Shown here: positions 1 to 9,490 of the stretch, in pieces | How positions within the stretch are numbered: position 1 is the first letter of the stretch | Layout of the letters: each line of letters begins with the position of its first letter | IMG/VR virus record: IMGVR_UViG_2775506835_000007 | Coordinates: 13,301-77,300 of that record | Direction: 5' to 3' (one strand) | Length of the DNA: 64,000 nucleotides | Source of the DNA: a virus | Lineage: Duplodnaviria; Caudoviricetes | The notes under the pieces: generated by a model | Seen by the model: only the letters and a program-made list of their open reading frames with translations | Database searches by the model: none | Told to the model about the DNA's origin: nothing | Translations under genes and position numbers: made by a program

Positions 1-312
1 TCCAACAATTTTTGCTACTGAAAAGGCGGCAATTGCCTTCTTTATCACACCTTCAACCCGTGACCAGGCATCTTCAACGGCATTGGCTCCGTCTCCAGCT
101 TCTCGTTGTTTGCTGATGAAGGACTGTAACTTCTTCTGGGCACGATCGATCAGGCCGGAACCTCTTTCAAAATTCTGGCCTGGATCCACGCTCCGCGTCG
201 ACGCGTCAGCAGCCTGGGCCGCACGATCCATTTTCTTAAAGGCGGACGCGATTTTGTTCAGTTTGCTTGTCATTCTGTCCTGGATGGACATACTGGTCGA
301 TACGCCGGCCAT
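1..312 (-). CDS. Tape measure protein, N-terminal part (runs out of window)
   Basis: ATG at 312 (MAGVSTSMSIQDRMTSKLNKI...) with SD, directly after the tail chaperones. Confidence 0.75.
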   Translation of the reverse strand, partial: MAGVSTSMSIQDRMTSKLNKIASAFKKMDRAAQAADASTRSVDPGQNFERGSGLIDRAQKKLQSFISKQREAGDGANAVEDAWSRVEGVIKKAIAAFSVAKIVG

Positions 313-318
313 TGGTCG

Positions 319-534
319 TCACCGTCCTTTCTTTCCCTTCCGCTTCGCCTTCGCTGCTTCCTTCTTTTCCTTTTCGATTTGAAGGTCAATGGAAGCATAA
401 ATAAAGGCCCGTTCCCGAAGAGGAAGGGCCATAAGTTGTCCGGGAAGGATTTTCAGCCGGTGGAGGGCGTAATGAGCATAGACCGATTCGCCGTCGGCTT
501 CCGCATCATTTCCGCCCCCCGTGATCAGTTTTTT
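319..534 (-). CDS. Tail assembly chaperone -1 frameshift extension (GT-type product)
   Basis: Slippery A AAA AAC (528-534) at the chaperone stop; -1 frame stays open (LITGGG...YAHYALHRLKILPG...) to TGA at 319-321. Confidence 0.75.
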   Translation of the reverse strand, partial: KKLITGGGNDAEADGESVYAHYALHRLKILPGQLMALPLRERAFIYASIDLQIEKEKKEAAKAKRKGKKGR

Positions 535-932
535 GCTTCATCCCTCGTTTCGTTGATGTCCTCCGTAAATCCGTTCACTTCCTGAACAGCCAGAAGAAGA
601 TCAATGAACTGGCCTGGTTTCAGGAGAACGTCGATCAGGGCTTCCGCGCCACGGACACCGTACTTCGCCTGAAGATCAGCATCTTTCAGGTTCGGGTCCA
701 CGCAACACGCCACAACAAGGCGGTTGTTGTAGAGGTCCTGATCTGTTTCGGTCTGCTTCTGGTGAGTCTTCTTCTCAAAAGTGGCCTTTTGACAGCTCTT
801 TCGAATTGCCTTGTTCTCGCCCTCGGTGATCGACTTGATTGTAAAAGGGACGGGAAACTGGCTGATCTGAACTTCGGTCGTGACCTCACCGGCTTCCTCC
901 TGGCTCATAAGAAATTCTTGTAATTTACCCAT
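525..932 (-). CDS. Tail assembly chaperone, XkdN-like
   Basis: PNLKDADLQAKYGV...LLKPG motif; lies after tail tube. Confidence 0.85.
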   Translation of the reverse strand: MGKLQEFLMSQEEAGEVTTEVQISQFPVPFTIKSITEGENKAIRKSCQKATFEKKTHQKQTETDQDLYNNRLVVACCVDPNLKDADLQAKYGVRGAEALIDVLLKPGQFIDLLLAVQEVNGFTEDINETRDEAKN

Positions 933-953
933 TATCGTTTACCTCTCTTTCTA

Positions 954-1412
954 TTAGAACTTGGTGAAGGGCGTCAAAATATCGAAGTCTTCAAAGGTAA
1001 AATCGACATCTTCGTCCAACGGATCATCGCTGTCGCCGTCCAACTTTGCCAGAACAACAGAATCCAGGTTACAACCGATCAGAAGTGTTGATTGCTTCCC
1101 AGCCTGGGATTCCTGGTCGTCGTTCTCGATGACCAGATCAAAATAAATGTCGGCGCCGGTGTCTTTCCAGGACTTCACCATATTTCGGAAAAGAGGCGTC
1201 AGGTAATAGAGGGTCATAGATCCCGTTCCGTTGCCGCCGGTAGTCTTGTGGCCGGTCATACGCTTTCCGATCGCCTTTACCTCTGACTTCGATTTCTCAA
1301 CAGACGCTTCAATGGTCTTTACAAAGAACAGTTCTTCATTGTTGCCGTTTATCTTTGCGTAAGCGCGTCCCTCCTTGCCGGAGATGGTGTCAGGCGCATT
1401 CAGAGTTTTCAT
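954..1412 (-). CDS. Tail tube protein, XkdM-like
   Basis: DTISGKEGRAY...EDVDFTFEDFD; follows sheath. Confidence 0.9.
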   Translation of the reverse strand: MKTLNAPDTISGKEGRAYAKINGNNEELFFVKTIEASVEKSKSEVKAIGKRMTGHKTTGGNGTGSMTLYYLTPLFRNMVKSWKDTGADIYFDLVIENDDQESQAGKQSTLLIGCNLDSVVLAKLDGDSDDPLDEDVDFTFEDFDILTPFTKF

Positions 1413-1431
1413 TTCTGTTCACCTCTTTCTG

Positions 1432-2766
1432 TCAGTTGACTGTCACGGTCATATACAACTTTTCCATGCTGTCATTCGGTTTCAGGGCGCAATCTACCGC
1501 GACGTCGCGTTTTCCGTTGCCCTGCTGGATGGTAATGTCCTCGGATTTAAAGTCGCTAATCGCATCAATGTCTTGATACTGTAATGCCAAACTGACCAAA
1601 TCGGCTTTGAAAAGCTGACGACCGGTGTCGCTGTTCGTGATAAGTCCGATATACGATTCACCAAAGATGCGGGCAACGTCGTTCGCCCAATTGTCCAAGA
1701 CACGGATCACGCGATTTGACGTCCAATCCTTGGATGCATTTTGGCTGAAAGTGGTCAGACTGTTAACGTCTGTCAGGACACGCGCTTTCCCGTAGTCTGC
1801 ATAAAAAACGAACTCGCCAGCCTGGATCGCCGCTTCGAACTGGGACTTCGTATATTTAATGTCCACATCCACGGCATCGTCATAGGCGGTATTCGTCAAG
1901 CTTTCATTGATTTCCGCACCGGCGGACGCGCCAGTCACCCAGGCTACGGCCTTATCTCCGGTAATGGTGGTTCCGTCAGTCAGGATTACGCCATTTTTGA
2001 TATTGATCAATCCCATGTGGTCGCCCTTATAGTCATACAGGACGCCAACGATCTTCTTTCCTTCATCGTCCCGAAGACGCTTAACAAATGCCGCATACAG
2101 GGACTTGATCGCTTCGTCTGTTCCAGGATAACCAATTACATTAAAGGTTTCGACTTCAAAACCGTTCAGAGCGGCCGTGTGGGCAGCTCCGTTGATGGTT
2201 CCGTTCGTTCCACCGGTCAGGGGCGTCGCGACGGCCGCATTCAGGGTGTCCACGCTCCCGAATGTGATGAAATCGTTTGCTTTTAAGCTGGCTGATCCGG
2301 ACGCCTTGTCAACGGTTTGGGAATCCACAGCCATTCCGTCAAGATATGTTACGACGTCGACCTTCGTCGCATCATCGGCATTCGTCAAAATCGCGATACT
2401 GATCGCGTTCCCGCGTGTTCCGCCCCAAACGGCCGTCACGGTCATTCCGCCGACTTCGGCGCTGGCCTTCGTGCCGCCGGAATTGACGCGATAGATCAGA
2501 AGAGTCCTTGTGCGTTTCATGGCTTCACGGACCAGAAGAAGGTCCGGCGCCGTGGGATCATAGCCAAAGACATTCATAGAAGTCTTGTTGAAATCCTCGG
2601 CATATATAGAAAAGACCTTGTTCTCAGGCCCCCAGTTCAATTCCAGGGGAAGAGCAGCGACGCCACGCGCGCCCATTTTAGCCACACTCCCAAGAGCAAC
2701 AAAATTGACATAGGCACCGGGTAGAATCTTGTTTTGTACGGTAAATGTTCCGCCGCCAATAGGCAT
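1432..2766 (-). CDS. Contractile tail sheath protein
   Basis: GGGTFTVQNKILPGAYVNF N-terminus, NRVIRVLD, MEKLYMTV C-terminus (XkdK-like). Confidence 0.93.
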   Translation of the reverse strand: MPIGGGTFTVQNKILPGAYVNFVALGSVAKMGARGVAALPLELNWGPENKVFSIYAEDFNKTSMNVFGYDPTAPDLLLVREAMKRTRTLLIYRVNSGGTKASAEVGGMTVTAVWGGTRGNAISIAILTNADDATKVDVVTYLDGMAVDSQTVDKASGSASLKANDFITFGSVDTLNAAVATPLTGGTNGTINGAAHTAALNGFEVETFNVIGYPGTDEAIKSLYAAFVKRLRDDEGKKIVGVLYDYKGDHMGLINIKNGVILTDGTTITGDKAVAWVTGASAGAEINESLTNTAYDDAVDVDIKYTKSQFEAAIQAGEFVFYADYGKARVLTDVNSLTTFSQNASKDWTSNRVIRVLDNWANDVARIFGESYIGLITNSDTGRQLFKADLVSLALQYQDIDAISDFKSEDITIQQGNGKRDVAVDCALKPNDSMEKLYMTVTVN

Positions 2767-2769
2767 GAT

Positions 2770-2976
2770 TTACACCTTCCTTTCCAGAAAATCAATGACC
2801 AGGCTTTCAGCCTGGTCCTTTGTATAGAGCTTCCCGTCTTCCAGTACAACCATAATGGCATCCTTGGGAAGGCCCAACGTTTTACTTTTGACCAGTTGGC
2901 TTTTCGTAAATGTCGGTTCCGGCGATTGGCACGCCCCGGCCGGCTTCTTCGCCGGCTGTTTCATTTCCTGTGTCAT
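2770..2976 (-). CDS. Small pre-sheath protein
   Basis: FTKSQLVKS...LEDGKLYT; usual position before sheath. Confidence 0.7.
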   Translation of the reverse strand: MTQEMKQPAKKPAGACQSPEPTFTKSQLVKSKTLGLPKDAIMVVLEDGKLYTKDQAESLVIDFLERKV

Positions 2977-3413
2977 TACTTCAAAACCTCCGATTGATTT
3001 AAAACTTCCATGAAGGGAACTTCCAACGGTGTCACAACAAAGAAAAAGTCCGCATCAAACATAAATTGAAAGACACGCGTGTTCGTATTCGGCCGGGCCT
3101 TTTGGTTTGTCAGACGGATTGTTCGCCTCTTGTCGCCAGTCTCCTTGACATCCAGGGTTTCAAAATGGTCATACATTTCTTCCGCCCAGTCGTTGAAGTC
3201 CATAGTGTCCTTCGATTTCAGGAAGTACAAAACTTCGATCTGGACGCTCCGTTTCCAGCGTCGGTCCAGGTGCTTTTCTTGTCCCGACTCAATGATCCCG
3301 ACGAAGAACTGGCCATTGGAGTCCTTTGGGATTTCTCCGACGTAGACCTTCCGGCCGGGCCAGATTCCGGACAGCTTCTTCGCGACGGATTCCAGGATAT
3401 TATTTAGCGTCAC
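2976..3413 (-). CDS. Tail terminator / completion protein
   Basis: Position in neck operon, translationally coupled. Confidence 0.7.
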   Translation of the reverse strand: MTLNNILESVAKKLSGIWPGRKVYVGEIPKDSNGQFFVGIIESGQEKHLDRRWKRSVQIEVLYFLKSKDTMDFNDWAEEMYDHFETLDVKETGDKRRTIRLTNQKARPNTNTRVFQFMFDADFFFVVTPLEVPFMEVLNQSEVLK

Positions 3414-3913
3414 GTCGTCGCCTTCTTTCCTTCCAGGCGTTCACGAATCAATCGGTTCATTTTCCGATTCAGACGGGCAACCTGGGTATCTTTGGTTCGC
3501 TTTACCGCACGTCGAAGGGTAAAATGGCCCCTCACATATCCGTTCTTCGGCCCAACAAACATTCCGCCTTCCGGATCGTTTGGAATATGGACAAAGACAT
3601 TCCCTTCCCAGTGTCCAGGAACAAAGTGACTTCGGAATCCATATTCAAGGGGTTTTGCATAGTCCAGGTTGTTGTAAACGCTGATTCTGTATGTCTGTCC
3701 TGTGCAAATAGCTCTTGTATCAGCATCAAAGTTTCGGCGATAGTCGCCAGTGTTGACAATATCAGGTGCGTCATTTTTGCAAATCAGTCGCGCCTGTTTC
3801 ACGGCGTATACCCCTTCACCCACGATCAGTTCATCCATAATTTCGGGAATGTCCTTTTTCAAGGTTTCCAGCTGTATCCCAAAGGCATCCATGCTACGTC
3901 TGTCAATGCTCAC
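3410..3913 (-). CDS. HK97 gp10-like neck protein
   Basis: VNTGDYRR...NNLDYAKPLEYG motif. Confidence 0.8.
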   Translation of the reverse strand: MSIDRRSMDAFGIQLETLKKDIPEIMDELIVGEGVYAVKQARLICKNDAPDIVNTGDYRRNFDADTRAICTGQTYRISVYNNLDYAKPLEYGFRSHFVPGHWEGNVFVHIPNDPEGGMFVGPKNGYVRGHFTLRRAVKRTKDTQVARLNRKMNRLIRERLEGKKATT

Positions 3914-4296
3914 GCCAGATCACCGTCCTTTACTCTGATTTCCTGGTGTGTGGCATACATGGCCGGCCGGCCGACGACCTCGAACATCAGAAGAAGCTGA
4001 CTGGAAGGGTCATCGCGGCCAAACCGTTTCAGAATTACACTGTCGCCAGGAAGGACCAGAAGATCAGGCGCGGCGAAGATCACGGCGTCATATTCGACTT
4101 CGTTCTGTGCCTTCGTCTGATTGCTCTTGTCGCTTCCTGTGTACGACAGCGCGCAAATGATTTCACTGTATTTCACGACCAGGGCAGTCTTCGTGATGTT
4201 ATTCGCCCCGGTCACAGGTTCAGTTCTGGACACGCTGGCGGTGTCTTCGTAAGTCATTTCGATCGCCGCGCGCTCGGCGGTGGGGTTTCCAACCAT
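3910..4296 (-). CDS. Head closure / stopper protein
   Basis: YEDTASVSR...ICALS...P..YATHQEI; position. Confidence 0.7.
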   Translation of the reverse strand: MVGNPTAERAAIEMTYEDTASVSRTEPVTGANNITKTALVVKYSEIICALSYTGSDKSNQTKAQNEVEYDAVIFAAPDLLVLPGDSVILKRFGRDDPSSQLLLMFEVVGRPAMYATHQEIRVKDGDLA

Positions 4297-4300
4297 ACGA

Positions 4301-4750
4301 TCACCACCTTAATTTTCGGAAGTTGTTCAGGACGGTTCGCCATCCGAAGAAGTCCTGGCCGTCTGCGCCTAAGTTGAAGGTTGACGCCGATCCGGAAGCA
4401 CCGGAAGCATTGGCAAAGGATGTCTGGACATCCCCGCGCTTTATAGACGAGACTGGGCCGACGGCCGCCTGGGTGGTCCCCAGGCCGGCGGCCTTGTAAT
4501 AGCTGACGCACATGACGACCAGGACCTTTTCAAGCGGCGCCGGAAGCGTGTCCTGGTTGATATAGGCCAGGACCATTTCTTCGGTCGTCTGGACCACGAA
4601 CAGAAGAAGGTCATCTTGGTCCGTCCCAGTGATCCCTAGAAGAGCCTTGACCTTCGACAAGCGGTCGTTCTGCGCCATAAGCACACAAAGGACTTCCGCG
4701 CGTTCAAGGTCTGTCAGGCCGTCCAGAGCAGAAAGAATCTGATCAAGCAC
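4301..4750 (-). CDS. Head-tail connector (SPP1 gp15-like)
   Basis: KVKALLGI...DDLL...YINQDTLP...VSSIKRGDVQTSF...LNNFRKLRW. Confidence 0.8.
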   Translation of the reverse strand: MLDQILSALDGLTDLERAEVLCVLMAQNDRLSKVKALLGITGTDQDDLLLFVVQTTEEMVLAYINQDTLPAPLEKVLVVMCVSYYKAAGLGTTQAAVGPVSSIKRGDVQTSFANASGASGSASTFNLGADGQDFFGWRTVLNNFRKLRW

Positions 4751-4779
4751 GTTTCCACCACCTTTCAGTGACCTTCAAA

Positions 4780-5031
4780 TTACTCGGTGGCTTTGTCCTG
4801 GATCAGCTTGACAATATCGGCCTTTGTGGCGCCGTCAGGAACCGCGATAGCGGCTTCCTGGGCAACTTTCAGAAGGTCGTCCTTGTTCAGCTTCGCAAGG
4901 GACTTTTCACCGCCTTGGGCGCCGTCAGGACCGTCACAGGGGGCGAAGTCGTCGCTTTTACAAAGCTGCTCTAGGACTATTTCGCTTCGGGGTTCCAGGA
5001 TCACACCGGTTTGTTTATTCTTGAACTTCAT
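4780..5031 (-). CDS. Small head-associated protein with HeH/Rho-N-like C-terminus
   Basis: LNKDDLLKVAQEAAIAVPDGATKADIVKLI; follows capsid gene. Confidence 0.65.
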   Translation of the reverse strand: MKFKNKQTGVILEPRSEIVLEQLCKSDDFAPCDGPDGAQGGEKSLAKLNKDDLLKVAQEAAIAVPDGATKADIVKLIQDKATE

Positions 5032-5044
5032 GCCGGCCCCTCCT

Positions 5045-5893
5045 TTACGCACTGGGGTTGGAGTAAGTAAACACCAGGTCGGGGGTCAGGACCTTCGTCC
5101 CGTAGTCGTAGAACATAGAAATTCCATAGTCGTTCGACAGGGGAATCTTCTCCGGGTCCTTGTAGGGATAAATGACTGCAGGTTGTGCGATCGCGCCTTC
5201 AATCATAATGATCGCTTTCGCGTCCGTGGGAAGAAAGACGCTGGAATAGACGCGGACGCCGTGGAAGGTGGTGAAATCCTCGGCGGCGGTGTCCACGTTC
5301 GCGTTATGGACGGTCTTGTCCAGGTAGTCCCGCATATTCCCATAGAAGTTCGGGGACAGGATCAGGCGCATAATATTACGGGGAACGCCGCGAACATAGT
5401 CGTTCTTCACGGTTTCAAGGCTCTGGATCAGGGCTTCGGTGATCTTTCCGGCATCGGTTTCGGACGTGGTGAAGGCAGTCCCTTCGGTGAAGCCGGCCTG
5501 GAAGAAGGCAGTATCGAACTCAGCGGCCACGGTATCGACGTGATTGTCGGCGCGCCGGGCCATGATGTTTCCGACGCCGAAGGTATCCAGGTCAAACTTC
5601 GCAGCTTCCTCCACGATCTCGCGGTGGGTGTTCAGATTCACGGTAGTCGGAGGAACGGTCAGGGCGGTTCCCTTGCCGGCGGCTCTGGCGGTCCCGTACT
5701 CCTGGGACGCGCTATTCTTGAAGCGCCGATATTCGACGGAACCGCTGGCGGGGTTTCCGGTGTAGGATTGAGACTTCAGACCAGAAGACAGGGTTTCCTT
5801 TTGAATGTTTTGAATTACCAATCCGGACAGTTCGGACAGCTCGACCTTCGTCGAACCGGACTGGATCAGGCTAATAGCTTTCGTTCTTGCCAT
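5045..5893 (-). CDS. Major capsid protein
   Basis: 282 aa after scaffold; SGSVEY, FHGVRVYSS, YDYGTKVLTPDL. Confidence 0.85.
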   Translation of the reverse strand: MARTKAISLIQSGSTKVELSELSGLVIQNIQKETLSSGLKSQSYTGNPASGSVEYRRFKNSASQEYGTARAAGKGTALTVPPTTVNLNTHREIVEEAAKFDLDTFGVGNIMARRADNHVDTVAAEFDTAFFQAGFTEGTAFTTSETDAGKITEALIQSLETVKNDYVRGVPRNIMRLILSPNFYGNMRDYLDKTVHNANVDTAAEDFTTFHGVRVYSSVFLPTDAKAIIMIEGAIAQPAVIYPYKDPEKIPLSNDYGISMFYDYGTKVLTPDLVFTYSNPSA

Positions 5894-5929
5894 TGAATAT
5901 CATTCCTTTCAGTGTATTGTGTGTAAGTG

Positions 5930-6523
5930 TTAGATCACGACAGGGCCGTCGACCTGTGCGACCGGTTCCTGTTTTGTGCCAGGGTCAGCGGGTTTCGCTC
6001 CCTTAATGTCGGGGGTCTTTCCCGGCTCCTGAGATTTGAACAGGTATGGCTTCGATTCCCGATAAGGTTTTAGAAGACCATCCAAGTTGGTTTTCAGGAT
6101 GCCAGCTTCGTCAACTTCAATCTTGTCAATGTCCAGAAGAGAAATAATGTCAGCCGGATCGTGAGTCTTGTCAGCCAAGGCCATTCGAAGGGCTGTGTTC
6201 TTCTGGATTTTCGCGATCTCTTTCTGGTGGGTAGTCCGAAGGGTATCGATCGTTTCCTGGGCCGTCTTGACGTCGTCCGCGATCTTTGTGGGATCGCCAG
6301 ATCCCCCGATTGCCTTTAATGCTTCAGCGGCCGCTTTCAGCGCATTTTCAGCGCTTGTTTTGCCGCTGTTGACACCGTTAAACTTATCGGCCGGGACAAA
6401 AGTTCCGTCGTTCCCGACGACCAAATCCACATCTTTCCCGTCTTTGCCCTTGCCTTTCAAGGCTGTTTCGACTTGGCTTGCCAGGTCTTCCCCCAGAATG
6501 GTTTTAATGCTCTCTGTGATCAT
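5930..6523 (-). CDS. Capsid scaffolding protein
   Basis: Coiled-coil, FVPADKFN, KPYLF motif, upstream of capsid. Confidence 0.85.
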   Translation of the reverse strand: MITESIKTILGEDLASQVETALKGKGKDGKDVDLVVGNDGTFVPADKFNGVNSGKTSAENALKAAAEALKAIGGSGDPTKIADDVKTAQETIDTLRTTHQKEIAKIQKNTALRMALADKTHDPADIISLLDIDKIEVDEAGILKTNLDGLLKPYRESKPYLFKSQEPGKTPDIKGAKPADPGTKQEPVAQVDGPVVI

Positions 6524-6674
6524 GGTGACTCCTTTCTTCCGCTGTCTTTATCGTGACTTCCACACGCTTTGCGGTCCCACCTGTGCGCCGGGCAGGTGCG
6601 GCTAATTTAACAAGATAAAGATATAAAAAAGCAGCCTCCCTTACGGTAAGCTGCTTTCGTTTATAACATTTAAT

Positions 6675-7205
6675 TTAGAGTGTGATACTTCCGTCCTGGT
6701 TTGTTGCAACATAGTGATTTAAATAGGTATTGACCATAGATGATTTTGTAGCTGCGGCGGATATCTTTCCAGCTTCTTTCGCAAATTTAATATTTGTTAA
6801 ATCCCGACTATTCCACCCTGTTTCAAGAACAAAGCTCCTCAATTCATCTGGGGAGTTCTCAGATAAATAAGTAATGACAAATAGCCCTACTGTTGTTTTT
6901 TTCTTTTTATTGCCAATACCACTCATTCCACCCAGCACCATACCAGCTGGCCCAAATAGCAACCCTCCCGCGAGGCCACGACCGATAACATTTTTATCCT
7001 TTTCTATAAATTCTTGTTCACTTACAAATCCACACTCCACAATATTCATCAGAGGAATTCTATAACTTTGAATAACTTTATTTTTTCCGATAGCTTTCAG
7101 TTCAATCTGGCTGAGAATAAGATCGCACGAGTCTATTTCTAACTCGAACAACTCTTTACTTGGCCGCGTGGGAAGACCACTACGGTAAATCATGATTGCC
7201 TTCAT
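6675..7205 (-). CDS. Low-GC moron protein, PH-like fold with glycine-zipper segment
   Basis: VIGRGLAGGLLFGPAGMVLGG; AT-rich; own SD. Confidence 0.6.
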   Translation of the reverse strand: MKAIMIYRSGLPTRPSKELFELEIDSCDLILSQIELKAIGKNKVIQSYRIPLMNIVECGFVSEQEFIEKDKNVIGRGLAGGLLFGPAGMVLGGMSGIGNKKKKTTVGLFVITYLSENSPDELRSFVLETGWNSRDLTNIKFAKEAGKISAAATKSSMVNTYLNHYVATNQDGSITL

Positions 7206-7306
7206 AAAAGCTCCTCCTATTTTCCAGATTATAACCTATAAAAATAGTTTAGCGACGTTGATTTCATTACAATAAAGCTATAAATTATACATTTGTACCA
7301 TATTTT

Positions 7307-7747
7307 TTACAGTTCTAACAACTGTCTTTTTTTAGTTTCAAATTCCTCTTGTGTAATAGCTCCCATATCCAAAAGATTTTTTAATTTCAGTATCTCATCT
7401 GCAGCGGAAGCTGTAGACTGTGGTGCATGACTTACTGCATTATTTCTTTGAGCATGCTCAACATATGTTTTAATCTCCAGTGCCGCCTGATACTTATCTT
7501 TTCCGCTAAAAACAATCGAATTATCATCTGTTGAAATATCCTGTATCGTTGCCTTCGTTCCAGTTGCACCCACAGTCTGAAAATAGATATATCCGTTCAT
7601 CAATCCAGGCTTTTTAACCTGAACCGACACTACTTGTGAAAATGGAATTGTCTTTTCCCCTTTCATCATTGCTTTCGCATACTGAATATGTATCCCGTCT
7701 TCGTTTACCACCAAGTTTTTTAATCGACCTTTTAAAACAAGCTCCAT
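7307..7747 (-). CDS. DUF4429-like domain plus C-terminal SHOCT domain
   Basis: KGEKTIPFSQVVSVQVKKPG..NGYIYF; ADEILKLKNLLDMGAITQEEFETKKRQLL. Confidence 0.8.
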   Translation of the reverse strand: MELVLKGRLKNLVVNEDGIHIQYAKAMMKGEKTIPFSQVVSVQVKKPGLMNGYIYFQTVGATGTKATIQDISTDDNSIVFSGKDKYQAALEIKTYVEHAQRNNAVSHAPQSTASAADEILKLKNLLDMGAITQEEFETKKRQLLEL

Positions 7748-7775
7748 ACCGTCCTTCTCCTCTTAATAATTACTG

Positions 7776-8063
7776 TTAATGCGCATCAAAATTAATTCTA
7801 ATGCTTTCTCCTTGAATGGACCATTCTGCAAAGGTGAAATATTCACCCCAGCGATCAAGTATTTGATCGTCACTCGTCATCCAATCCTTATGGAAAGACT
7901 CTGCATATTCGAGAGGCACTAACCAGCCTGAAAAGTCTTCACCTTCAAATTGATCTGTTTGTATTTCATGCCCTTCTCCACACGATACAAAAAACTTGGC
8001 TCCATGCTTTAATGCCTCCTTCTGTATTAGATCAAAAAACTGATCCTCTGGTGTCAATTTCAA
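7776..8063 (-). CDS. Putative immunity protein for the MuF toxin
   Basis: Small acidic ORF starting 2 nt after the MuF stop, same low GC as the toxin tip. Confidence 0.6.
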   Translation of the reverse strand: MKLTPEDQFFDLIQKEALKHGAKFFVSCGEGHEIQTDQFEGEDFSGWLVPLEYAESFHKDWMTSDDQILDRWGEYFTFAEWSIQGESIRINFDAH

Positions 8064-8065
8064 CC

Positions 8066-9490
8066 TTACAATCCCCCTTTCTCCTTTGCATTTTTGATCC
8101 TCAAATTGCTTGTTAATCCGTTTTTAATTATAGTAACAAATTTACCATTCTGCGCAACAACAACATCCTGCCCTTTTATAATAAAATCAGCTGGTCCAGC
8201 AGCTCTTTGACCATTAGGAAGTATTTCACCTAATCCTCGCCATGTTCCATGCACAATCTCATCTCTATTTAAGACTATATCTTGAATAATGGCTCTCATT
8301 TTCTCACGACTATTCGGGTCTGATGGATCCATTCCAAAATCCACAGTATGTTTTCCAATTTTTTTGCCAAACTGTTTTTCACTAATTTCTATTCCATTAT
8401 TATAAACTTTGTCTTGAGATGATTCAAGCATTTTGTTGCTTTTTGTAACTGATTTTGACTCCGGTTTTGGCTCTCTTGTATCTTGAGTCTTTAACCATTC
8501 CTCGTATGTCATATTCTCCGGCATGGGATTTCCGGAATTGTACCAGTCCAAAGCATCGTCCGGATCATATTCAACCGTGGTCGATCGACAATTTGGGTGC
8601 AAGGGCGGATAGTTGACGCCCTCCTGGGCGTCTTCAAGTTTGAAATGCTCCCCGTCCAGAGACGCACAAACGTCGCTTGTTCGGCTGTCCAGCGTGGCGA
8701 CGAACTCATATTCCTGAACGCCGGCGGCTCTGTATGCAGCTTTGTCCGCTTCGCTGTGGAAGTGGGCGGTTTCCGTCCGAATCAGACGTTCAGTCGTCTT
8801 GTAGGACTGTCCCATTTTGGCCGACATTTCTTTCGACATGGCTGCGACACTCTTTCCCTGCATGACACCTTGCGTAATCGTCTCTCGGAGGTGAAACATA
8901 AGAGCCTGTTTGTTTTGCCATAGGCGGTCCGAAAACATGGCCCCGGACCAGGGATACGACAAGACGTTTTCAATCATGCCTTCGTTCAGCTTCGCAAACT
9001 CGTTCAGGAAGCCGGCGCGGGACTGAATATCAAAAATCTTCTTGTAGTAGCCTTCCTGGAAGGCATCGCCGAACTCGGCCTTCATCTGGGCCACGCCCTT
9101 TTCAAACAAGTCATTCAGGATCAGGTCGATCTGTCCTTGCAAAGCTTCAAGACGGGAAATGGAACTGTTAGTGGATAGGGCGTCCAGTTGTACCGTCAGA
9201 AGGGCTTTAACGCGCGGGTCCGGCTCTCTGGCAATCTTCTCAACATAGTCGCCCAAGCTTGCCTTCCATTCGCGGAACTCCGAACGGGATAGAAGGCGGA
9301 CGGCCTGTTCGTAGGTCAAGCCATGTTTTCCGGCGTACTTTGAATAGAAATCATTTATCTGGCGCCGAATTTCCTTCGCAGCAGTGTCGTATTCTTGAAA
9401 CATTTTTGCTGACAGGCCAGCACCGCGAAGATAGGCTTCGTTCTCGCGTTGTATGGCACGCGCGATCCAGTATTCTTTATCCCTTCTCAT
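8066..9490 (-). CDS. MuF / SPP1 gp7-like minor head protein with C-terminal colicin D-like toxin domain
   Basis: ATLDSRTSDVC...PPLHPNCRST, MTYEEW, then KQFGKKIGKHTVDFG...GTWRG...VVVAQNGKFVT. Confidence 0.85.
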   Translation of the reverse strand: MRRDKEYWIARAIQRENEAYLRGAGLSAKMFQEYDTAAKEIRRQINDFYSKYAGKHGLTYEQAVRLLSRSEFREWKASLGDYVEKIAREPDPRVKALLTVQLDALSTNSSISRLEALQGQIDLILNDLFEKGVAQMKAEFGDAFQEGYYKKIFDIQSRAGFLNEFAKLNEGMIENVLSYPWSGAMFSDRLWQNKQALMFHLRETITQGVMQGKSVAAMSKEMSAKMGQSYKTTERLIRTETAHFHSEADKAAYRAAGVQEYEFVATLDSRTSDVCASLDGEHFKLEDAQEGVNYPPLHPNCRSTTVEYDPDDALDWYNSGNPMPENMTYEEWLKTQDTREPKPESKSVTKSNKMLESSQDKVYNNGIEISEKQFGKKIGKHTVDFGMDPSDPNSREKMRAIIQDIVLNRDEIVHGTWRGLGEILPNGQRAAGPADFIIKGQDVVVAQNGKFVTIIKNGLTSNLRIKNAKEKGGL

